NCBI GenBank assembly: GCA_002269645.1
Contig: NIVC01000271.1
Location: forward strand, 410,899-474,898
Reading direction: 5' to 3'
DNA from: Macrostomum lignano
Taxonomy: Eukaryota
DNA: 64,000 bases
Below are positions 12,106 to 23,553 of this stretch, piece after piece (the stretch's first letter is position 1; the number at the start of each line of letters is the position of its first letter). The notes beneath the pieces were generated by a model. That model worked only from the letters and a program-made list of their open reading frames with translations. It had not been told where the DNA came from and ran no database searches. Position numbers and translations under genes: made by a program.

Positions 12106-12947
12106 CAATAAAAATACCACTCTTGGTTTATCCTACCATCAACAACCCATACGAACTCATATTCATACTTGTTGCAGTTTTGGGAATATTTTTGTTGATT
12201 GCTCCGTTATGTGCGCCATAAAATCTACTGAATGAATGTTGCTCTAAATACTCTTTGTCCATAAGACACAGCCTGGCGTAATGACAAACTCAACTGGCCA
12301 TTATTTCAGCTTTATCAGGCGTTTGAACCATAGACGATTAGTTAACTATGTATTTATTAACTGACATAAGGGAATAATGTTCGCAAAAAGTCTACATGGC
12401 ATGGAATACATTGAAAAAAGGAGAGTCAAGACATTTTAGCTAACAAACAATGGAAAACGCGCACATTAAGCACAAATATAGCACAGCAGTCATAGACTGT
12501 TCATCAGAAGTTGCTCATTAAAACTGAAACGTGCAATCCTTGAAGTGGCAGTTCTCGAAGAAGCGAACTGCGCGTTCCATCTTATGGTTATATTATGCTT
12601 ACCATGCTTCACCCACATCTCCTGTGTCACCTCCACTGAAGCATAGGTCGAACGGTTCGTTCAGTCATCGACAAGACGATTTTTCCAATTAATAAGCGGG
12701 GTCTGTTTGACGAGATGCAGCAGCCATAGTTGTTTGACAAGGCAAATAGCTTTTACTCGTACTACCCGCTTTCCTGATTTCTTGCAAGACGCAAACGAAT
12801 TCAGCATTCATCACAGTGTTGTCTATGGTCAAACTAAGACACACATCTCAGTCGTCTATGGGTAGAATAACTCTCAAAACAGCCAATTGAGGCAGGCGTG
12901 ATAAAAAAGCTTCCGGCACGCCAGACTACGCTATGCTGAAACAATTT

Positions 12948-13774
12948 GGCCGTATGAATAAAGTGAGTAGTTGCTCAAACTCGGCGAGATTCTCAAATCA
13001 GTATGAATAAAATGAGTGCGTCCTCCTGAGCAAGTGCTCAAAATCAATTTCCCAAGAGTTTGTGCTCTTTCCGTGAGCAAATGCTCGGTGACTGAGTAGT
13101 GATTCGCTTCAGTATGAATAAACTCTGGTCATAGACAAATTGTCTTGAGATCTTGCTCAGCAAAAGTTGAGTCTCCTCTGTAGTAGACTCACTGGTTGAG
13201 CAGCATCCAGCCACTGCTTTGAAAGGGAATCTTCCAGCCACTGCCTGCCACTGGCTACTTGTGTTATTCCAGATGGCCGAATTCATTCAGACAGAGTGCC
13301 TGCGAAGCGAAAACTATATACTGTATGAAGCGACACAGTATGGATGTGTATCGCGTCGATGAGTATAAGCGGCTCTTTCGTTTCTCTAGTGAAAGCGTTG
13401 GATTTCTGGGATCCGTCGTCATCAGTTTCTAACGGCCCCATCTCTGTTGAATTCCTGTTGAAATCAAACTGACGCAAACCTAAGCTAAGTCAGTTTCTAC
13501 TTCGAGACAGATGCTAGGACGAAAGATAAGGCGATTTATACTATACGACACACGAGAGATGCCGGGGACCGCTTTCTCTTCGTCTATGGCCAAGAGGTGC
13601 CAAGCAGTTACTCAGAATGAGGAGCAAATGCTCCGCATTTGAGAAATTTCTTTAATTCATATGAACATTGAGCAACTGCTCCAGATCAGAGCAGTTGCTC
13701 GAGTTCGAGCTCTTGCACAATCTCAGAGTTTGAGGTGAAACTCGCCAGTTATTGCTCACTTTATTCATATGGCC
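12948..13774. mobile_element. Harbinger-associated non-autonomous element (MITE-like), termini GGCC(G/A)TATGAATAAA
   Basis: GGCCGTATGAATAAA at 12948 and TTTATTCATATGGCC ending at 13774, with subterminal GAGCAA-TGCTC repeats. The termini match the adjacent Harbinger element. No clean TSD was seen. Confidence 0.7.
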
Positions 13775-14179
13775 AAATGGCCTCTATGTGTCTTATGACC
13801 GCTGAGACAATGACGTTGCGTAATAGGTAAGGGACTGAAATAATAGCCCGTATGAATAAAAAGAGTAATTTGAACATTCTCAAATCAGAGTCGGAGCAAT
13901 TGCTCAATCGTGAGAATATTCTCTGAGTCTGAGCAAGTGCTCATCGGGGGTATGAATAAAGAACAAACTCAAACTCTGAGAATATTCTCCGTAGCTTGAG
14001 TAAATGATCAGAATGCTTTTAGCCACAGACAAAAATCGTTCATACGACTTCTTGCCGTTAGTACGGCTTTTTACGGCTTCGTAGGGCTTCTTACTTACGA
14101 CTGATTTTTCACTCGCTTCTCACTTTTGGGAGGTTACATCATGGAGGAAAGAATAGAATGGAGTGCTATTCTGAGCAAG

Positions 14180-14406
14180 TTATTTTTGTCTCGCTAGATC
14201 TTCACTTTTAACATCTCTTTCCCCCCGTTCTTTCCTATTGGCTCGTGACTGCCATAGACAAAGTATTTTTCGTCTCGTTTTCGTTTTCGTTCCCCTCTGA
14301 AAGGTCTGTCCCAGCATAGTACGAGCTCGCATCATGCTTTCAGCCAATAGGAAGGAACGGGGGGGAAAGGGATGTTAAAAGCGAAAATCGAGCGAGATAA
14401 AAACAA
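14180..14406. mobile_element. Nested MITE-like inverted repeat (~65-bp imperfect arms)
   Basis: TCTCGCTAGATCTTCACTTTTAACATCTCTTTCCCCCCGTTCTTTCCTATTGGCT pairs with AGCCAATAGGAAGGAACGGGGGGAAAGGGATGTTAAAAGCGAAAATCGAGCGAGA. Confidence 0.75.
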
Positions 14407-14538
14407 GTGGCTCAGATTAGCACTCCATTCTATTCTTTCCTACATGGGTTACATGCGCTAAGCTTAAGTTCAGAAGCAAAGGTCTAGCTTTTTTGTTCCT
14501 TACGGAAACTTCCAGTCGTACGACTTCTTTGGGCCACG

Positions 14539-14990
14539 ATGGACGGAAATGACGCCGAAGACGAGTTGTTCGTAAAAGTTGTCTCTCGCTACCCCGTCGT
14601 CCTCGACAAAAGCAAGACGCCCGACACAATGGAGAAGAAGAACGCAGCATTCAGCTCAATACAAAAGGACCTGGAGGATAATGGAGTAAATCTAACCTGC
14701 AAGAAGATCAACATAAAGACTTTCGAACATTAAGACGCGGCTGAAAGCAAAGACGGGCTTGAAGAAGACCGGAAATAAAAAGATTGTTCTGAAGAAGTGG
14801 GAAGAATCCATGCTACCGTTTTTCAACATCGAGGAAAACCCAGTTTTTTCCAAGGTCCCTGGCGTTCGTGGGTGTGGGGTTGCATCACAACTCGCTGACG
14901 ACGATGAACCACAGACACCCCCGAGACCCAGCCCGAGCAGCGAGGAGTCTGATCGCCAACCCGCAACAGCACACAAGCGACTTCGGGGAT
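14539..14990 (+). pseudogene. Harbinger Myb/SANT-like DNA-binding protein, frameshifted near 14712-14730
   Basis: MDGNDAEDELFVKVVSRYPVVLDK...KKNAAFSSI, then in another frame KTRLKAKTGLKKTGNKKIVLKKWEE...EENPVFSKVPG, as in Harbinger Myb-like ORFs. Confidence 0.75.
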
Positions 14991-15381
14991 GCGTCTGCTT
15001 CGTATATGCAACTTTAGGGGCCAATATAAAGCTTGTTATAGGTTTTCGGACTGCTAAGCACGCTTGCTACTTGTTATTGTTAATATTGTTACTTACGTTA
15101 CAGTCGAATTGTTACTTTACAATTATTTTACGTGGTTACGACGCTTTAAATATACGACGACAAGTAAGAAAAAACGGTAAACGTTTATTTTTGTCATAAC
15201 AAACATAAAACACAGCTTTTATTTACTAACGTGAATATTATTAGCTAGGTTAGGGCCAGATTGCAATACCTTACAATGCCTTACAAAAGTTAGGAAGCTT
15301 TAAACATACGTTGAGAAATATGAAAAAACAGCAAAACGTGAGCAGCATGAGGTAAGTCAGTACGGATCGCGACGCAGTTTG

Positions 15382-15707
15382 TCATGGCCCATGCCTGAAC
15401 ATGATGTCGGCGATAGCGTTCCGGCGCTGGACTCCGGCCGCTCTTTTCGCGGCCTCACTGGCATTGTTCACGTCGAACGGTGGTGCGAGGGGCTCTTCCA
15501 TCTCCTCCTCAATAGCTTCATCGTCAATGGTATCATCGTTGAGCTCCTTCGCAATGTTGTGTGAAGTGCACCACCACGCGTTTCTACGCTATTTCGATGA
15601 AAGCGAAACAGACGCCGGTATTCGTCGTCCCGATACACATCTGAGTGATAACGCTCCAAATACAGTTTCCGCCGAGCAGGCGCTACATCAGGCATGTATT
15701 CGGCCAT
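15382..15707 (-). pseudogene. Harbinger (HARBI1-like) transposase with the DDE core deleted
   Basis: The N-terminus DVYRDDEYRRLFRFHRNSVETRGGAL is joined, out of frame, to the C-terminus HNIAKELNDDTIDDEAIEEE...RRNAIADIMFRHGP*. Confidence 0.8.
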
Positions 15708-16633
15708 GCTCCAGAGTTTGAAAATCTCAAGAAAAGCTTTAGCTTTAGCTTTCAGGAGTTAAGCTTTGACGATTTATCTGCTTTTTACACTGCGACTCGT
15801 TCTTGAGTCTGCCAGGAGGCTGCCTCAACGTTTTCTGAGTAATTGCTCAGAAATTTAGCCTGCGGTAGTAGTTTTATTCTTATTGACCTAAGTAATTGTC
15901 AATCTCAGAGTATTTGCTATGAAATCGGAGCAAATTCTCTTGAGAAAAATCTCATGAACATTTGCTCATGAGCAATTTCTCAGTTTATTCATACAGGCCC
16001 GAGTAAATGCTTGAGTTGGAGCAGTTGCTCATTTTATTCATATGGCCTAATGGCCAAACACGAGTGCCTCAGATTTTTTCGGCCTCCAGTCTTCAAGCAA
16101 ACTCGCCACTCAGTTCCTCCAGACATCGAGTTGCAGATTCGGAAGTCAACCAATGTAGCTCCTCCGTTGATGATCCGAATACCATTTGATCCGGTTTCAG
16201 CATTCTCAAGAAGTAAATCGCTTATAGAGTTGTAATTAAGTCTCAGAATGGCTTTCTGAACAGAATATAAATCTCAATTGCGTCCCTCTCATCCAAACAC
16301 TGAACAAAACTTCTCTTGTCGCTCTCTTTCCTAAATTTAGCCTCTATCCATCAGTAAATCAGAAACAGACTTCTACTATAAACTTTCTGATCAGCTCCAA
16401 CACCCGGCCTATTCCCTAACATAGAGCCCGCAAATTTCTACACATTGTCACCCGGAATTTTCTTGAAGTGATCAAGTTAATCATAATCAAATTGTTATAG
16501 AGCTTTGCTAGTAGTCAATAATAATGTTATATCATTGTATCACGCTGGCGCGCGTTAGATGCACGATTTACTGTGCGTCTAATGTAGGTGTCTATGGCAA
16601 TTTTCTATCTGAGTAAAGGCAACAAGCGTGCGT

Positions 16634-17329
16634 CTAACGCGTGCGTGTAATGCACGGAAAGTGAGTATATTTTAATAAGTATACTTCTGTTTTTTCTGGA
16701 GATTTCCGATCGAAGTAGTCAGACAGCCTCTTCAGATCAACAGGCTCGATCGATTGGAAGTGTCGGGCGTGTCCGCCTCGGGCAATGAAGATTCTGCCCA
16801 TTGACTTCAGTGTCGTATTGGAAGCATAGAATGCGTCGTCAGTTAGAATATTGATTCGCCTTGTCGACATGAAATGCCGGTAGAGCGCAGCTCGGATACA
16901 AATCAACGTGGCTGGAGCAAAGTATTCGCCATTCCTCTTGCGAAGTGAGCCATAGAAGTATCGCAATAGACTGTCGATCTCGCGCGGTGTAGAAGTCGCC
17001 AAATCACGCTGAACTGACGGATGGTTCTCCATGAAGCTCTGCAACTTACCGACATAATATTCGGTAGCCTTTGTCACACTTTTACTAGCAGCGGTGTCCT
17101 CGATTTCGGAAACGAGCTGTTCCAATTCAAGTAGTTCAGCTTCTTCGTCAGGTATCTTCTTGAAAAGTGCCTCCAGAAGATCCTCCTCTTCTCGATCAAT
17201 TGCCGACTCCGGTAGATTATCAGGCTCGTTCAGAATGTCGTCAATCTCATTGGTGGACAAGCCGGAAATCATTTCGTTTGGAAATTTGCTCAGATTCAGA
17301 AGTCTGACTTTAGTTGGTGGCTCAGCCAT
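16634..17329 (-). pseudogene. Crypton-type (DUF3504; KCTD1/ZMYM/QRICH1-related) tyrosine-recombinase N-terminal half, truncated before the catalytic residues
   Basis: EIDSLLRYFYGSLRKRNGEYFAPATLICIRAALYRHF...NILTDDAFYASNTTLK matches, from memory, the DUF3504/CryptonA pattern. The ORF ends shortly afterwards and is flanked by inverted repeats at 16533-16565/17444-17491. Confidence 0.75.
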
Positions 17330-17757
17330 ATTCTCTCACAAGTGATTTTAATTTAACAGCTTCTTATTCCCTTCTTCGCAACACTCAATCAACTTGCGTG
17401 CCTTTCACGCATTTTTGTCTATGGTTAAGACAAATTAACTGAGCGTGCATCTAACGCGCCATCTAAAGTATTAAGCCAACGTAATACAATGCAACTCATA
17501 CATCGATTTTGCGTGCTTAAATGGTCTATGCACGAGTGCGCTGCGCTGTATGAATCCTACATAGTACACTTACGCTGAGGAATTTTAACTGACTTTTGAC
17601 GGATCCGAAGTTGAAATGTTATATTACCTATACTTTATTCAATTTATCATTAAATCATTCAAATGTCTTTGGGGCGATAAGAATTCAAATGAATGCAAAA
17701 TTTAAATCACGTCCGACAGCATAGTTGTGACCATAGAATACCAATTAAATTGTGTAT

Positions 17758-17940
17758 CAAGGAGTTCTATAATTAGCAGCCTGGAGTGGAAACGAGTTTT
17801 TCATTTTTACCTCATGAGGCCAGACTAGCATAGACAGAGTCCGACGGAGCCAAAGACATCCAGTGCTGGCTCATTAATTTGCGTGGCCTCATGAGGTAAA
17901 ACTCGTTTCCACTCCAGATTGCTAATTATAGAACTCCTTG
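17758..17940. mobile_element. hAT-like MITE (183 bp) with an 8-bp target-site duplication
   Basis: TIRs run CAAGGAGTTCTATAATTAGCA...TACCTCATGAGGCCA and its reverse complement. Flanks are TTGTGTAT (17750-17757) and TTGTGTAC (17941-17948). Confidence 0.88.
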
Positions 17941-17951
17941 TTGTGTACGAG

Positions 17952-17957
17952 TATAAA
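17952..17957 (+). promoter_or_regulatory. Candidate TATA box of knottin gene 1
   Basis: TATAAA lies about 85 nt upstream of ATG 18041. Confidence 0.4.
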
Positions 17958-18040
17958 GTTCAAGAGATTAGCGATCCAAGATATTTGCAAAAATTTGAGG
18001 TCAGAAATTGATTCGTTGCTAATTTGTCAGACTGTCAACA

Positions 18041-18369
18041 ATGCGACTAAATGCGACTGTAATAGTTCTAGTTTTTCTGCTAGCAGCAGTTCAACTTTCA
18101 CGATGTAGTTCAACAGTGTCTGTCACAACAGCCGAATCGAACACAACAGATATGTGGTTAGTTCGCAACCCAAGGTCAGGATTTTAACAAACTTTTTTTC
18201 TTTTAGTTATTTTTCTGTCTAACAGTGGTTTTTCTGTTTTAGGTACGCTGCAAGATGCCTGGAACGGTACAAAATCTGCGCTACAATACCCGAGGGCCTC
18301 ATCGGTGCCTGCTGTCCGGAATTAATTTGTCAACGTTTCTCAAATTTCTACTGGGCTTGCTCTGTTTGA
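18041..18369 (+). CDS. Secreted inhibitor-cystine-knot (knottin/conotoxin-like) precursor 1, 86 aa; exons 18041-18174 and 18243-18369
   Basis: MRLNATVIVLVFLLAAVQLSRCSSTVSVTTAESNTTDMWLVRNPR/YAARCLERYKICATIPEGLIGACCPELICQRFSNFYWACSV*. It has a hydrophobic signal peptide, a 68-nt GT-AG phase-2 intron and the framework C-x6-C-x10-CC-x4-C-x9-C. Confidence 0.88.
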
Positions 18370-18538
18370 ATTTGGCGGCTGAGCCTGCAGTGTTTGAGTT
18401 CGGCTTTAACTACTCGACAATTTGAACTCATCTTTGTTAAAGTACTTGTAAATGTACGCCATTTAAATATGATTCTGAAAGGCATAAGAAGCTTTACTTC
18501 AATTTATATTGCTTAATGATTGAGACCGATTGTAGGAG

Positions 18539-18840
18539 GGGGGTTGTAGTCTAGTGGTCAGAGCGTCGGACTCACGACTTGAAGGTCCGGGGGTTCGATT
18601 CCCGATCCCACTGGAACAATTTGTGTCCTTGAGCAAGACACTTAACTCTGCATTGCTTCAGTTCACCCAGCAGTAAAGGGAGTGCCAGCATTAGTTGAGA
18701 TAATTGAGGGTGTGTGTATGCCGACATCCTTGTCCTTGGACTGAACAGCCATACGCAGCTTTCAGGTGCGCCGCGCAATAGCTGCGGCTGAGCTGTCGGT
18801 TGCACATCTGGCCATTGGGGAAGGTCCAATCAATTGTTAG
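18539..18840 (+). mobile_element. tRNA-derived SINE with a CORE-like central domain
   Basis: A box TAGTCTAGTGG and B box GGTTCGATTCC, followed by GTGTCCTTGAGCAAGACACTTAACTC (CORE-SINE-like). The 3' end is approximate. Confidence 0.8.
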
Positions 18841-19295
18841 TATTATGGTTAATTGTTTAAACATTAATTGTTGTACAATATTATTTCGTAGAGATGAACT
18901 TTATATATACCTACGTAACTAAAACCTATTGGGGGGATTTTTCTAAACTCACTTTGACCAGTAAGTTAATTGTTTTACTCGTTAAAAGCTCGTTAGAATT
19001 TTACTAAACGGGATCTGGATTGTTCCACTGAATTAAGATGAAAACTGCAGCGCTTAACGCATTAAGTATATAGAAAATTAACTTTTGTCGAGAAGATTTA
19101 AAATGCTTTAGTTTATGGTCTGACTAACCATCTTCCCGTGTCTGTACATCTGTCAGTCTAACTGCACGAGTTCATTGAGACAAGTTGGACTTATCAACAC
19201 GTCTCTAAAGCATAGGCTATGATATTATATGCTACAAATTATATGTTTAATTTTAAAATTAACAAACCCCTGGAAGTTCGACCTCGAGTTTCACT

Positions 19296-19854
19296 ATGCA
19301 TCTCCATTGCATTCTGGGCATAGGCGCAAGTCTATTTGCCATCCAACTGCTTTCTGTCTCGGCTGATAGACGACGGACTGATGTGCCATCGACATTTAAC
19401 CCGGCGGATGAGTCATTGCCACATGTGCAGCCTTGGCCACCAGGATGGCCCGGCTATTCCGCTGAGTGAGAAAATCGAATTGTTTCATTTTTATTTATTT
19501 GTATGCCAGCTTGGAGAAGAGAGGGAAGATGAGAGACAGTAGAGAGTAAGGAAGAGAGCTAAGAAGAGACACAAATCTTGATTAGGCCGAATTGCCATTG
19601 GGAAGTTCTTAAAGGACCCGAGGGTCGGATAGAGAGGCTTCGTGAGCCAACGCAGTTTGCCCAACCACCCTTCTTGTTGTTTCACCTTAATTTCCAAAAT
19701 TCTGTTATTTTATATCATGATTTTTTTAATTTTCATTGTTAGAGAATGTGCTGGTCTCGGTCAACTCTGCGGCCCTCGCTGGTACGGATACAAGAGCTGC
19801 TGCACTGGCAAATGCACTCTTGCCATAGTTCGTGGCCTCCCTATTTGTTATTGA
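19296..19854 (+). CDS. Secreted inhibitor-cystine-knot precursor 2, 93 aa; exons 19296-19465 and 19743-19854
   Basis: MHLHCILGIGASLFAIQLLSVSADRRRTDVPSTFNPADESLPHVQPWPPGWPGYSAE/ECAGLGQLCGPRWYGYKSCCTGKCTLAIVRGLPICY*. It has a GTGAG...TTAG phase-2 intron, the framework C-x6-C-x9-CC-x3-C-x10-C and AATAAA at 19860. Confidence 0.9.
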
Positions 19855-20002
19855 ACAGCAATAAAACAATTCAATTAAATTAAACTTTGATTATGGCAGT
19901 TTAAAGTGAACACATGAAAGTTTTTTATTGTTGAGAGTAAAAACCAATAAACAAAGTAAGGCTATCAAAAGTGCACACATTTTATGTAACCAATTTGTTT
20001 TT

Positions 20003-20770
20003 TGAAGAGCTTGATCGGGCGGTGATCAGTCACCCGAAAACTCTCACTTCCAGACCTCAAGCCTGGGAACAGAATTCAGTGCTCACTTACTGGTGCGGGC
20101 TCCTTTTCTTTGTCGGGCAGGTTCTCCGAGCTCGTTTCTTCAATTCTTTTTCCTCCGGAGTAGTCTTGAATTCTAAAATCGGCCGAAAGTGAGAGTGTAA
20201 CACTTGAATCCGTCGACGTCACAGTATTCCTCGAGTGCAGAAATCAATATATTCCTCGGGTGCAGAAATCAATATATTCCTCGGGTGCAGAAATCAATAT
20301 ATTCCTCGGGTGCAGAAATCAATATATTCCTCGAGTGCAGAAATCAATATATTCCTCGAGTGCAGAAATCAATATATTCCTCGGGTGCAGAAATCAATAT
20401 ATTCCTCGGGTGCAGAAATCAATATATTCATCGGGTGCAGAAATCAATATATTCCTCGAGTGCAGAAATCAATATATTCCTCGAGTGCAGAAATCAATAT
20501 ATTCCTCGAGTGCAGAAATCAATATATTGAAGAGTTTGATCGGGTGGTGATCAGTCACCCGAAAACTCCCACTTCCAGACCCTAAGCCTGGGAACAAAAT
20601 TTAGTGATCACTTACTGTTGCGGGCTCCTCTTCTTTGTTGGGCGGGTCCTAGGAACTCTTCTCTTGTCTCCGGAGTAGTCTTCTTTGGTCCTGAAATCGG
20701 CCGAACGTGAAAGCGTAACAACTTTTCTTGTCGATGTCGCAGTATTCCTCGACTGCAGAAATCAATATCA
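20003..20770. repeat. Diverged direct duplication (20003-20250 and 20529-20770) separated by a 25-bp tandem array (TCCTCG(A/G)GTGCAGAAATCAATATAT) at about 20225-20528
   Basis: The two copies align by eye, and the array unit derives from the 3' end of the duplicated segment. Confidence 0.9.
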
Positions 20771-21874
20771 ACGATGCGCCCTAATAACAAAGTCAACTTT
20801 CTATAACAATAACGAGGTCCTCCAAAAAGAGGCGTCTTCTTCTAGAAATAACGAAATCGGAGTCGTGTGCTCCTATCGGTTACTCTTGGGTAATCCAAAT
20901 CAATCGATCGATAATTCTCTAAGGGTATCGGAATCGGTCCGCAGATCCTATCCAATCCCTTAGGAAAAAGGGAGGCCTCAAACGCAATAAACTCAGTTGA
21001 ATCAACTGATTAGTAACGGCCGGCAATAAAATCGCTCTCAATCAATCAAATAACAAAGGCTCGAACAAGGGCTTACCGAACGGTATTCGTCTTCCTCAGA
21101 GATGTAGCCTCGATTAGCTTCTCCCGTTAGCTCAAGATGTTTTGATGCTGCTCCGAGTCTGAGATTTTTAGCTCGGATTTTGCGTTTGTATTTATAGGCA
21201 ATTTTTTTGAAATATAAATAGTAACATGACTCATCTTTTCGCTATAAAAGGTAATATGATTAATCTTCTCGTTATAAATAGTTACATGACTCATTTTTGT
21301 TATAAATAGTGATTATGATTCATTTCTTCGCTATAAATAGTAAGATTATTCATAGTTCAAGTTTTGGTGCGCATGTGTGCGTTGCTCTACTTGCAGTAGA
21401 ATTCTATGAATTAAACTTCTACATTTTCTTTATTCAAATCGGCGCCTGACCGTCAGCAGTGTGACGTGGCAGCGTGGCAAAGATCTGACACAGACAAACC
21501 ATAGAAAGGCCATAGACAACAGAGATTAATTTTGGCCACAGCTGGATGGCATGGCTACGAGCGTAAAGTAAAGAATGGCGTAGAGAGAGAACCATGCGCT
21601 AAAATATGTTGTCTGTTGGACAGAGAAAGAGACAGAGAATGTTCGTGGCATAAACCAAATTGCCTAGTGATTTCAATTCTCAGTCTGTATGGTGAATATG
21701 AATTCTGCTGGGCTCCTTGCAAAGCAAAAAACTGGACGCAGTGAAAGTCAAATAGTTATAGAAGTTATAACTTTTCTAAGCAGATTTGTGCAGCTGCAGC
21801 ATAACCTCAATCAAGGCCATTGACCATATTGACCCAGACAGACGACAAACTTTTGTTTCTCGTGCATCAAGGGC

Positions 21875-22100
21875 CAGATAGAGAACCTATCACATGACTT
21901 CTGGTCAGAGGAAGGTAGAGAGAGGATGTGGAGAAGAGAAGAGAGAAGAGGAGAAGAGGAGATAATAAGGGAGAGGAGAGTAGAGAGGAGATGAAAGAAA
22001 ACGAAAGATATTAGAGATAAGACAGCTGAGAAGAGACACAAACCTATCTGTGGTTACTATTGCGATGTTGCAAAGGACCCGAGGGCCCTTTAGGCCATAG
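21875..22100 (+). repeat. Dispersed repeat with a GA-rich tract; related copies at about 19505-19630 and 63520-63860
   Basis: Shared CAG(A/G)TAGAGAACC....CATGACT...GG(T/C)CAGAGGA, then a purine tract and GA(T/C)ACACAAA; two copies continue AAAGGACCCGAGGG. Confidence 0.6.
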
Positions 22101-22338
22101 ACATCCTGAGCAGAGGAATATCCATCCGATTCAAAGTCGATTAAATTCGCAAAAAGGCTACATAACTACATGTACATAAACGCAACGTTCATTGAATAAT
22201 TAATTTTATCAAAATATTTTTTATAGAAGATCAATTTAGCAATAGCTTCATTTGTGTATGCGCTCTGATTTTGATTACAAGCAATCAGAAAGTGCATTAA
22301 ATTTACAGATTCATTAACTAACATATTCTCTCGCTAAT

Positions 22339-23553
<1,215 letters not shown>

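Larger units (their letters stand above)
13846..16047. mobile_element. Internally deleted PIF/Harbinger DNA transposon with convergent Myb-like and transposase genes
   Basis: Termini are GCCCGTATGAATAAA (13846) and TTTATTCATATGGCC (to 16047, followed by TAA). It contains both Harbinger-type ORF remnants in convergent orientation. Confidence 0.8.

Noticed and set aside
18539-18612. tRNA gene (Val-CAC-like cloverleaf)
   Set aside because: The anticodon and acceptor stems pair poorly and the sequence runs directly into a CORE-like SINE body, so it is a SINE head.
20225-20528. CRISPR-like array (also considered for the other 20-36-bp arrays)
   Set aside because: Units are head-to-tail with no unique spacers, there are no cas genes, and the context is eukaryotic.
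20540-20615. C/D-box snoRNA on the minus strand
   Set aside because: The C-box-like GTGATCA is not conserved in the duplicate copy (GTGAGCA).
21532-21744. Cys-rich ORF as a fourth knottin
   Set aside because: The spacing (C-x3-CC-x9-C-x6-C...) does not fit the framework, and I found no signal-peptide exon or convincing splice sites.
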